From Archangium sp. (GTDB lineage: Bacteria; Myxococcota; Myxococcia; Myxococcales; Myxococcaceae), in the NCBI GenBank assembly GCA_031367385.1, contig JANLPS010000137.1, positions 1 through 34,386 of the forward strand: a DNA stretch of 34,386 nt, read 5' to 3'. Position numbers and translations under genes: made by a program. The notes under the pieces are model-generated. The model was not told the DNA's origin. It ran no database searches and saw only the letters and a program-made list of their open reading frames with translations. Below, one piece after another: positions 8,407-16,215 of the stretch (position 1 is its first letter; each line of letters opens with the position of its first letter).

Positions 8407-10935
8407 GTGACCGCGCCACTCGCCGCACTGCTGCCACCACCGGGCGCTCCGAAGTTGACCAGCGATCAGGTGCTCGATCGCTTCGTGACCTATGTGAGCG
8501 AGGCCGGGCTTTCGCTCTACCCCGCGCAAGAGGAGGCGATTCTCGAGTTGCTGGGGGGCAAGCATGTCGTGCTGGCGACGCCGACCGGGTCGGGCAAGTC
8601 GTTGGTCGCACTCGCGTTTCACTTCATGGCGATGGCCGAGGGCAAGACGAGCTTCTACACGTGCCCGATCAAGGCGCTGGTGAACGAGAAGTTCTTCGCG
8701 CTGTGTGACGCGTTTGGGGCTGAAAACGTCGGCATGATGACCGGCGACGCGGCGATCAACCGCGAGGCGAAGATCATCTGCTGCACGGCCGAGATTCTTT
8801 CGAACTTGTGTCTGCGCGAGCAACGGCAGTTCGCTGACTGCGTCGTGATGGATGAGTTTCACTATTACGGAGACAAAGATCGCGGAGTCGCCTGGCAGGT
8901 GCCGCTGTTGAGCTTGCCGCAGACGCAGTTCTTGCTGATGTCGGCGACGCTCGGTGACCTGACTGCGATCAACCAGAGCATCGCTGAGGTGACGAAGCAG
9001 GAGGTCGTCGAGGTGCGCTCGTCGGTGCGACCGGTGCCGCTCGAGTTCACGTATGCCGAGACGCCGCTGCATGAGACGGTGCAAGACCTGCTGCAGGTGA
9101 GCAAGTCGCCGGTCTACCTGGTGAATTTCTCGCAGCGGGCTGCGGCTGAGCAGGCGCAGAACTTGATGTCGATTGACGTGTGCTCGAAGGAGGAAAAGGA
9201 AAAGCTCAAAGCGGCGCTGGCTGATTTTCGCTTCGACACTCCGTTCGGGAAGGACTTGCGGCGGTTCTTGCTGCACGGGCTGGGCATTCACCACGCGGGG
9301 CTGTTGCCGAAGTACCGGCGGCTGGTTGAGCGGCTCGCCCAGCAGGGGTTGCTCAAGGTCATCAGCGGCACTGACACGTTGGGTGTTGGCGTGAACGTGC
9401 CGATTCGAACGGTGCTGTTTACCCAGCTCTGCAAGTACGACGGTGAGAAGACCGCGGTGCTGTCGGTGCGAGACTTCCAGCAGATCTCCGGGCGCGCGGG
9501 TCGCAAGGGGTTCGATGATCGCGGGTTCGTGGTGGCGCAGGCGCCTCCGCACATGATCGAGAATCAGAAGCTGCTGCAGAAGAAGGCCGCGGGGAAGAAG
9601 GTGACCCTGCAGAAGCCTCCGGATCGCGGGTATGCGCACTGGGACAAGGCGACCTTCGAGCGGCTGCAGACCTCGTTGCCTGAGAAGCTCGAGTCGCGGT
9701 TCACCGTGACGCATTCGCTGATCGTGAATTTGCTGCAGTCGTATGTTGATTCGTCGATCAGCGGGTACCGGCGATTGGTTGACTTGGTGTTGATGTCGCA
9801 CACCTCGCCGCACGGCAAGACGCGGCTGCTCAAGCATGCGCGGGCGCTGTTTCGCTCACTCGTCTCGGCAGGAGTCGTCACCGTCGAGAAGCGCACCGCC
9901 ACCATGCCGGCCACGGTGAGGGTCGCCGAGGGGTTGCAGCGTGACTTCTCATTGAACCAGACGGTGTCGCTGTACCTGGTCGAGACCTTGCCGATGATCG
10001 ACGCCGCGTCAGAGAACTACGCGCTCGATGTACTGACGCTGGTCGAGTCGATTCTCGAGAGCCCCGACGCGGTGCTGTACGCGCAGGTCGATGTCGCGAA
10101 GGGCGAGAAGATTCGCGAGCTGAAGGCCCAGGGCATGGAATACGACCAGCGCATGGAGGAGCTCGAGAAGGTCACGCACCCCAAACCGAACGCCGAGTTC
10201 ATTTACGGCACGTTCAACTCGTTCGCAGAGAAGCACCCGTGGGTCGGCCAGGAGAACATTCGGCCCAAGTCGATCGCGCGCGAGCTGTTCGAGCGGGCCT
10301 CGACGTTCAACGAATACATTCGTGATTACGGGCTTCAGCGCAGCGAAGGCGTGCTGCTGCGGTACCTGTCAGATGCGTACAAGACGCTGATTCAGAACGT
10401 GCCTGATTCGGCGCGCAATGAGCAGCTCGAAGACATCGCGGCGTTCTTGTTGACCACGCTGCGCCACACCGACTCCTCACTCGTCGAGGAGTGGGAGGCG
10501 ATGCGCTCGGGCGTGCCGATGGCGCTCGTCAAAGATGCGCCCGAGGTTGCGCGCAAGAAAGACCTCGCGAAAGACCCCCGTGCGTTGGCGGCTCGAGTCA
10601 GGGCAGAGCTGCATCAGCTGATTCGGTTGCTGGCCCGCAAAGACTGGGAAGCCGCGACTGAGCATCTGCAGCAACCCGAGGTGTGGAACGTAGCGACCCT
10701 CGAGGCGGCGATGGCGCCCTACTTCGCCGAGCATCCGACGCTCGATACGACTCCGAAGGCGCGGCAGCCGGTGTTGACGCAGTTGGTGCCCGATGGAGAG
10801 CGCAAGTGGACGGTGCGTCACGCAATGCTCGACTCGGCGGGCGAGCAAGATTGGTACATCGAGGGCACGGTCGACTTGGTGGGCCGGCCTGACGTTGATG
10901 GGGCGTTGATCAACGTGCATCACATCGGCAAATGA
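8407..10935 (+). CDS. Ski2-like DEAD/DEAH-box helicase with DUF3516 C-terminal domain
   Basis: Q-motif YPAQEEA, Walker A TPTGSGKS, PIKALVNEK, DEFH, MSAT, HHAG, TDTLGVGVNVP, QISGRAGRKG; C-terminal RPKSIARE...RSEGVLLRYLSDAYK...DSSLVEEW. Confidence 0.93.
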   Translation: MTAPLAALLPPPGAPKLTSDQVLDRFVTYVSEAGLSLYPAQEEAILELLGGKHVVLATPTGSGKSLVALAFHFMAMAEGKTSFYTCPIKALVNEKFFALCDAFGAENVGMMTGDAAINREAKIICCTAEILSNLCLREQRQFADCVVMDEFHYYGDKDRGVAWQVPLLSLPQTQFLLMSATLGDLTAINQSIAEVTKQEVVEVRSSVRPVPLEFTYAETPLHETVQDLLQVSKSPVYLVNFSQRAAAEQAQNLMSIDVCSKEEKEKLKAALADFRFDTPFGKDLRRFLLHGLGIHHAGLLPKYRRLVERLAQQGLLKVISGTDTLGVGVNVPIRTVLFTQLCKYDGEKTAVLSVRDFQQISGRAGRKGFDDRGFVVAQAPPHMIENQKLLQKKAAGKKVTLQKPPDRGYAHWDKATFERLQTSLPEKLESRFTVTHSLIVNLLQSYVDSSISGYRRLVDLVLMSHTSPHGKTRLLKHARALFRSLVSAGVVTVEKRTATMPATVRVAEGLQRDFSLNQTVSLYLVETLPMIDAASENYALDVLTLVESILESPDAVLYAQVDVAKGEKIRELKAQGMEYDQRMEELEKVTHPKPNAEFIYGTFNSFAEKHPWVGQENIRPKSIARELFERASTFNEYIRDYGLQRSEGVLLRYLSDAYKTLIQNVPDSARNEQLEDIAAFLLTTLRHTDSSLVEEWEAMRSGVPMALVKDAPEVARKKDLAKDPRALAARVRAELHQLIRLLARKDWEAATEHLQQPEVWNVATLEAAMAPYFAEHPTLDTTPKARQPVLTQLVPDGERKWTVRHAMLDSAGEQDWYIEGTVDLVGRPDVDGALINVHHIGK

Positions 10936-12038
10936 AGCGGCCGGTGCTGGTGGTGCTCATCGTCGCGCTGTCGAGCGCCGCGCTGGTCATCGCTGGAGAT
11001 GCGTACCGGCCCTCACAGCAAGACGCGGTTGATCTGCCTGACTCGTTGGTGATCAAGGCGCTCACGCATTGGGACGCAGGGTGGTACGCGGAGATCGCGA
11101 AGAATGGGTACTGGTACACGTCTGGCGCGCAAAGTCCGGTCGCGTATTTTCCGCTCTACCCGCTCGCGGTGCGTGGGCTCGCGTTCATTGGGGTGAACCG
11201 GTGGGTCGCTGGGCCGTTGATCTCGCTGCTGTGTGCCGTGCTGGGCATGCTGCTGTTTCGCAAGTGGGCCCTCGAGGTGAAGCCGGCGGCGGCGAGTACG
11301 GCGTTTCTCGCGCTGCTGCTGTACCCGTTCACGGAGTACCTCTACGGCGTGATGTACAGCGACGCGCTGTTTCTGCTGGTCGGGGTCGGCGCGTTTTACA
11401 TGGTCGAGAAAGATCGGCCCTTCGCCGCGGCGGTGCTGGGAGCGCTGGCGACCGCCTGCCGGCCGGTGGCTCCGGCGTTGGTGATTGGGCTCGTTCTTCG
11501 CAGCCTCGAGCGACGTCGCACGGCGGGGCTGCCAATCACGTGGAAGCAATTCGTCCCCGCGTTGGCAGGTGTCGGGTTCGCCGCGTATCTGCTGTTTTTA
11601 GGGCTCGAATTTCACGACCCGCTGGCCTTCGCGCACGTGCAGGGAGCGCCCGGCTGGGAGCAAACGCCCGGGTGGCATTCGTGGCTCAAGGTGGCCTGGT
11701 TCAAGTCGATGTTTCCCCGGGTTGACCCGCTGGTGGCCATTCGTCTGGGAGGGCACGCGGCGGTGACCATCGGGTGCCTGGTGTTGTCAGTGATGAGCTT
11801 TCGCCGGCTGGGTATCGGCTACGGGGCGTACTGCCTGGTGTGCATCGGCATACCCGCGGTTTCGACGAAAGATTTCCAGGGGCTGGGGCGGTACGCGATC
11901 GCCGCGTTTCCGCTGTTCGTGACCTGGGCGACGGTGCTCGAGGCGAGGCCTCGATTCAGACTGGCGTGGCTCGTCGGCAGCGCGCTGTGCCTCGTATGGT
12001 TCGCGATAGCCCTCGGCATGGGCGCCTACGTTTCGTAG
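10932..12038 (+). CDS. GT-C membrane glycosyltransferase, PIG-V/mannosyltransferase-like
   Basis: HWDAGWY..IA..GY, AYFPLYP, MYSDALF, many TMs, GRY...FPLF. ATGA overlap with the helicase stop. Confidence 0.85.
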   Translation: MKRPVLVVLIVALSSAALVIAGDAYRPSQQDAVDLPDSLVIKALTHWDAGWYAEIAKNGYWYTSGAQSPVAYFPLYPLAVRGLAFIGVNRWVAGPLISLLCAVLGMLLFRKWALEVKPAAASTAFLALLLYPFTEYLYGVMYSDALFLLVGVGAFYMVEKDRPFAAAVLGALATACRPVAPALVIGLVLRSLERRRTAGLPITWKQFVPALAGVGFAAYLLFLGLEFHDPLAFAHVQGAPGWEQTPGWHSWLKVAWFKSMFPRVDPLVAIRLGGHAAVTIGCLVLSVMSFRRLGIGYGAYCLVCIGIPAVSTKDFQGLGRYAIAAFPLFVTWATVLEARPRFRLAWLVGSALCLVWFAIALGMGAYVS

Positions 12039-12044
12039 GTGGCA

Positions 12045-12090
12045 GCGCGACTTGCGAGCAAGTTGCGCATGTCTATATGGTCTCTATATG
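12045..12090 (+). promoter_or_regulatory. TA operon promoter/operator
   Basis: Near-perfect palindrome GCGCGACTTGC-GA-GCAAGTTGCGC (12045-12068); TTGCGA(12052)-N18-TATGGT(12076)-N6-ATG(12088); CTATATG direct repeat at 12073 and 12084. Confidence 0.6.
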
Positions 12091-12330
12091 CAGCAGATCT
12101 TGCTTCAAATAGACGACGACTTGGCAAAGCAACTTGAGCGAGCGGCACCTGCCAAGTCGCGTGGGCGTTCGCGGTTCATTCGTCTTGCCATTCAAAAGGC
12201 GCTGATGGACCTGCAAGACGCTTCGACACGCGCTGCCTACGAGAAGCAACCCCAAGAGCCAGTTCGATTCGATGCCTCGGTGTGGGGCAGCTGGGCGCCG
12301 GCAGCCCGACCGAAGCGGAGAAAGAAGTGA
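12088..12330 (+). CDS. Ribbon-helix-helix antitoxin (functional MazE-type partner)
   Basis: MQQILLQIDDDLAKQLERAA...SRSRFIRLAIQKAL-type RHH pattern (actual text KSRGRSRFIRLAIQKAL), then AAYEKQP. GTGA overlap with the toxin. Confidence 0.85.
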   Translation: MQQILLQIDDDLAKQLERAAPAKSRGRSRFIRLAIQKALMDLQDASTRAAYEKQPQEPVRFDASVWGSWAPAARPKRRKK

Positions 12331-12659
12331 AGCAGTATGAGCTTTGGTGGGCGCAGCTGCCTGAGCCAGTTGGTCGCAGACCTGTGCTTCTTCTGACGCG
12401 CGATGGAGCCTATTCGTACTTGAGCCATTGCCTCGCGGCCGAAATTACGACGACCATTCGCGGCATACCCCAAGAAGTGTCGCTTGGCCGGCGCGATGGT
12501 CTCCCGACCAAGTGCGCGGCAAATTTCGACAACCTGCATTCGATTCGCAAATCGTCGCTTCAGTCTTGCATCGGGTCACTGTCGAGAGCGCGCGTCGGTG
12601 AGGTGAAACGAGCTCTTGGCGCAGTGCTCGCGTGGCCTGAGCTCGTTCTTCAAGAGTAA
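12327..12659 (+). CDS. mazF: PemK/MazF-family endoribonuclease toxin
   Basis: YELWWAQLPEPVGRRPVLLLTRD...AEITTTIRG...EVSLG...GLP...ANFDNLHSI...IGSLS. GTG start at 12327. Confidence 0.9.
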   Translation: MKQYELWWAQLPEPVGRRPVLLLTRDGAYSYLSHCLAAEITTTIRGIPQEVSLGRRDGLPTKCAANFDNLHSIRKSSLQSCIGSLSRARVGEVKRALGAVLAWPELVLQE

Positions 12660-12731
12660 ATCAGCGAGCCTCGGCACAGGGCCCCTGGTCAGCCACTGGA
12701 AGTGTCAGCGCTGTTCCGATACAGCGGGTGC

Positions 12732-14033
12732 ATGCGCACGGTCGACACGTTGATCGCTGGAGCTGGCATCAGTGGACTTGCTACCGCGGCTTCCCTTGGC
12801 AAAGGGACAGACGGGTTACTGGTCTTAGAGCGAGACGCCGAGATTGGCGGCTACTGCAAGACCGTCGTCCGCGACGGCTTCGTGTGGGACTACTCGGGGC
12901 ACTTTTTTCACTTCAAGAACAAAGACATCGAGGCCTGGCTTCGAGCTCGAATGCCCGGCCAAGACATTCGAACGATAGGCAAACTGTCGTACGTGTCATT
13001 CGGCGGCAAGCGGGTCGACTTTCCTTTTCAAAAGAACATTCACCAGCTGCCTCAGGCCGACTTCATCGACTGCTTGTACGACTTGTATTTCGCGCGAGGC
13101 CCAGGGGCGCTCCCTCAGCCTGAGAACAACTTCAAAGAAATGCTGTACGCGCGGTTCGGCAAGTCGATCGCCGAGAAGTTCCTCATTCCGTACAACGAGA
13201 AGCTCTACGCGACCGATTTGGCGAAGCTCGACCGCGATGCGATGGGCCGGTTTTTTCCGCACGCCGACTTGACCGACATCATTCGCAACATGAAGCAGCC
13301 CGACAACGCGACGTACAATGCGACGTTCACCTACCCCGCGGGCGGCGCGATCGAGTACGTGAAGGCGCTGGCCAGCGAGGTCGCTCCAGGTGCGATTCAC
13401 CTGGGCGAGTCGATCGAGTCGATCGATTTGAGAAACCGCGTCGCGTGTACCGCCAAAGGTGAATACAAATTCACTCGACTCGTCTCGTCGGCCCCCTTCC
13501 CCGCGCTGCTGAACCTGTGCGGCGTGAAGTTCGACCCCTCGGTGTTCACCTGGAACCAGGTCTTGGTCTTCAACCTGGGCTTCGACAGCAAAGGCCCCGA
13601 CGACATTCACTGGCTGTACGTGCCGAACCGCGAACGGCCGTTCTATCGGGTCGGCTTCTACGACAACATCTTCGGGTCAAAGCGTATGAGTCTCTATGTC
13701 GAGCTCGGGTACACGCGTGACGCGAAGGTCGACGTTGCGATGGCGAGAGAACAGGTGCTCGAGGGCCTGAAAGCCGAGGGCATCGTGACCAGCCAAAAGC
13801 TCGTGGCCGAGCACTCGGTGCTGATGAACCCGGCCTACGTGCACATCACCCAGAAATCGATGGCCGAGGTGAGACGACTCAAGGCCGAGCTCGAGGCCAG
13901 CGGTGTCTACAGCATCGGCCGCTACGGCGGGTGGACGTACTGCAGCATCGAGGACAACATCATCGAGGCGCGAACCTTGGCGACGAAGCTCGGGCTCGCG
14001 AAGGCGTGGCCACTCGCCGCGAAATCGGCATGA
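12732..14033 (+). CDS. FAD-dependent oxidoreductase, UDP-galactopyranose mutase-like (HemY/PPO superfamily)
   Basis: IAGAGISG Rossmann motif, [15 protein letters not shown] (cf. Glf YGAHIFH), [21 protein letters not shown]. First gene of the GT operon. Confidence 0.8.
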   Translation: MRTVDTLIAGAGISGLATAASLGKGTDGLLVLERDAEIGGYCKTVVRDGFVWDYSGHFFHFKNKDIEAWLRARMPGQDIRTIGKLSYVSFGGKRVDFPFQKNIHQLPQADFIDCLYDLYFARGPGALPQPENNFKEMLYARFGKSIAEKFLIPYNEKLYATDLAKLDRDAMGRFFPHADLTDIIRNMKQPDNATYNATFTYPAGGAIEYVKALASEVAPGAIHLGESIESIDLRNRVACTAKGEYKFTRLVSSAPFPALLNLCGVKFDPSVFTWNQVLVFNLGFDSKGPDDIHWLYVPNRERPFYRVGFYDNIFGSKRMSLYVELGYTRDAKVDVAMAREQVLEGLKAEGIVTSQKLVAEHSVLMNPAYVHITQKSMAEVRRLKAELEASGVYSIGRYGGWTYCSIEDNIIEARTLATKLGLAKAWPLAAKSA

Positions 14034-16117
14034 CCGCGCGGAGGCACGTGTGTTTCGTGACCAGTGAGCTGCAACCGCTCACCTCGGGTGGCATCGGCAC
14101 GCTCATTCACAACCTGATTGTTGCGAGCGATTCGGCTTTTCAGTTTCACGTGCTGGTGCCGAGCTGGTCGACGATCACCCTCGACGCGTTCGATCGCGCG
14201 TTCGGCGGGCGCGCGAAGCTGCACCAAGCCCGAGCACTGGGTATCGACGCTGCCTACCCGCCCCGCCAGGCGTTCACCGACTCACCCAGTCACGCAGATT
14301 CACTCGAGCTTTGCCTCGAGCTGGTGCGTCTCGAAGAGAGCGGCCTGGTCTTCGCAGCCGTCGAATTCGCTGATTTCTTGGGCTGGGCATTCTGCTCGAC
14401 GCAGCAAAAGCGCCTTGGGTTGTCGTTCCAAGAGACGGCCATCGGCGTTCGACTCCACGGCACGGCCAGTCTCATTCAGGCGGTCGAGGGCTCTGCGAGC
14501 ACCTTGAATGAATTGACCGTGCTCGAGCTCGAGCGCAAGAGCCTCGAAGACGCTGATGTCGTGGTTGCTCACCTCGGCGCCGTCGCTGATCGGTACCGAG
14601 ATCACTATGGCTTTTCGGCGGCCTGGCGTGAGCGAGTGGTCGTCGAGTTTCCACCGGTGACGGTCGGCAGCGCACAGACGAACGCAGCTCGGCCTCCAGA
14701 AGACCTGCTCTTCTTGACGAAGCTGCAGCCAGTGAAGCGCCCCGACCTCTTCATCAGAGGCGCCGCGACCTTCATGCTGGCGAACTCCGCGTTCACAGGG
14801 CGAGCGATCTTGGCGTGCCATGGCGCAACGTCGCCCGAGGCTCATTCACTTCGACAGATGGTGCCTGAGCCGATTCGCGACCGATTTGAATTCACTCAGA
14901 GCGCCGGCAGGGCCGAGTTGATGGCTCACGGTGTGGTCGTCATACCCTCTGACTATGAGTCGCTGAATCTCACCGCGTACGAGGCCGCCGCGGCCGGCTC
15001 GACGCTCGTTCTGAACGAGAAGTGCCCTGCCTTCGGGCCCGGCTCTCCGTTCAAAGACGGCAAGAACGCATACTTGTTCGATGGCACCAGTGACGGCCTC
15101 GCAGCAGCCCTCGCCCGCGCCTTCAAGGCACCCATTCAGCGCTCGCTCAGGCCTGACGCCGACGCGCCCTGGTTCAAGCGCCGCTGGGGCGCACCGCAAA
15201 AGCCTTCGCAAGAATCGCCCCTCGTCAGCGTGGTGATCACCAACTTCAATCTCGGTGAGTACCTGCCAAGTGCGCTGAAGAGCCTCTCGGCAAGTGAATA
15301 TCGTCACCTGGAGATCATTCTCGTTGATGACGCGTCAACGAACCGGCTCGATCAGTCGCTCATCGAGGAGCTGCGGCACACGAAAACGGGTGCACCGCTC
15401 ACCGTCGTGCAGAACCCCGTGAACCGGGGGCTGGCGGCCTCTCGCAACATCGGCTTCGCGAGAGCCACCGGGACATTCGTCATGTCGCTCGACGCTGACG
15501 ACTGCATCGGCCCGCGCTTCATCGGCACCGCGGTCAAAGCGCTCCAGGCGCAACCCGACTTCGGCGTCGTCGTGCCCACGAGCGCGTACTTCGAGACTGA
15601 CGAGGGCCTGGGCACCGAACAGCGCGGCCACCAGGTCTTTCTCGGCAACACCCAGACCCTCGGCCTGGTCGACAACCGCCTGTCCTCGGCCACGGCCCTG
15701 ATGCGACGGAGCCTCTTCGAGCAGGTCTCCTACGACGAGACCCTCGACAGCTACGAGGACTGGTCGCTGTACCTCCGCCTGGCCCTCGGCGGCGTTCGCT
15801 TTCTGGTCGCGAACGAGATCGGGTTTTACTACCGCTTGCGAGAGGGCTCGATGATTCGGGGGCTGAGCCACGTGAAGCACGAGCGCCTGCTCGCCCGCAT
15901 CTACCGGTCACTGCCGCGCCCACTGCCCACCTCGGTGCGGCTCGAAGGCCTGCCGATCCTCCTCTCCTGGTGGGGTGGCCACCCCGAGGTGCCGCCTCTG
16001 CGACACGTCGTGGTCGACGCGCTGAACGACGCGATCAAGAGGCAGCCGATGCTTCACCAGACGCTCAAGACGGCCTCGAAAGCCCTCGCGGCCCTCAAGC
16101 GCCGAGCTGGCCGGTAA
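14030..16117 (+). CDS. Bifunctional glycosyltransferase, GT4-like + GT2
   Basis: Start ATG 14030 (ATGA overlap). N-terminal GT-B with GGIGT and E-x7-E (ESLNLTAYE). C-terminal GT2 VSVVITNFN...VDDAS...NRGLAASRN...LDADD...YEDW. Basic amphipathic tail. Confidence 0.9.
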   Translation: MTARRHVCFVTSELQPLTSGGIGTLIHNLIVASDSAFQFHVLVPSWSTITLDAFDRAFGGRAKLHQARALGIDAAYPPRQAFTDSPSHADSLELCLELVRLEESGLVFAAVEFADFLGWAFCSTQQKRLGLSFQETAIGVRLHGTASLIQAVEGSASTLNELTVLELERKSLEDADVVVAHLGAVADRYRDHYGFSAAWRERVVVEFPPVTVGSAQTNAARPPEDLLFLTKLQPVKRPDLFIRGAATFMLANSAFTGRAILACHGATSPEAHSLRQMVPEPIRDRFEFTQSAGRAELMAHGVVVIPSDYESLNLTAYEAAAAGSTLVLNEKCPAFGPGSPFKDGKNAYLFDGTSDGLAAALARAFKAPIQRSLRPDADAPWFKRRWGAPQKPSQESPLVSVVITNFNLGEYLPSALKSLSASEYRHLEIILVDDASTNRLDQSLIEELRHTKTGAPLTVVQNPVNRGLAASRNIGFARATGTFVMSLDADDCIGPRFIGTAVKALQAQPDFGVVVPTSAYFETDEGLGTEQRGHQVFLGNTQTLGLVDNRLSSATALMRRSLFEQVSYDETLDSYEDWSLYLRLALGGVRFLVANEIGFYYRLREGSMIRGLSHVKHERLLARIYRSLPRPLPTSVRLEGLPILLSWWGGHPEVPPLRHVVVDALNDAIKRQPMLHQTLKTASKALAALKRRAGR

Positions 16118-16149
16118 GGCCTCATTTGCTCGGCTTTTTCCCTCGAAAC

Positions 16150-16215
16150 GAGCCCTCCCGGCACGAAGGGCTCCGGGTGTTGACGAAGCTCGGTCAAGTC
16201 ACCTAAACGCCCCGC
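16150..16215 (+). promoter_or_regulatory. Internal hairpin plus putative promoter/operator before the MTase-GT fusion
   Basis: GAGCCCT-N10-AGGGCTC (16150-16173); TTGAC-N8-GTCAA (16180-16197); TTGACG-N18-TAAACG-N6-ATG(16216). Confidence 0.45.

Noticed and set aside
8078..8611. 178-aa N-terminal extension of the 607-aa ORF 6788..8611
   Set aside because: Overlaps the helicase on the opposite strand and reads as shadow sequence; a clear lipoprotein signal starts at ATG 8077.
8380..9837. 485-aa antisense ORF inside the helicase (also 17068..18420, 18389..19363, 29949..30854, 7073..8062, 33104..33973)
   Set aside because: Typical stop-poor antisense frames of high-GC genes; no motifs, and they lie opposite well-supported CDSs.
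8407..12659. Helicase + membrane protein + TA as an anti-phage defence island
   Set aside because: DUF3516 helicases look like housekeeping enzymes with host-like composition, the membrane protein is a recognisable GT-C, and no nuclease or other defence gene is present.
13931..14029. Upstream extensions given by the ORF track (13931, 18266, 27304, 12052, 12282, 33146)
   Set aside because: They run deep into neighbouring genes or promoters; downstream starts with coupled overlaps or signal peptides fit better.
12732..14033. Protoporphyrinogen oxidase (hemY) annotation
   Set aside because: No heme-pathway context; UGM-like motifs and coupling to GTs fit better.
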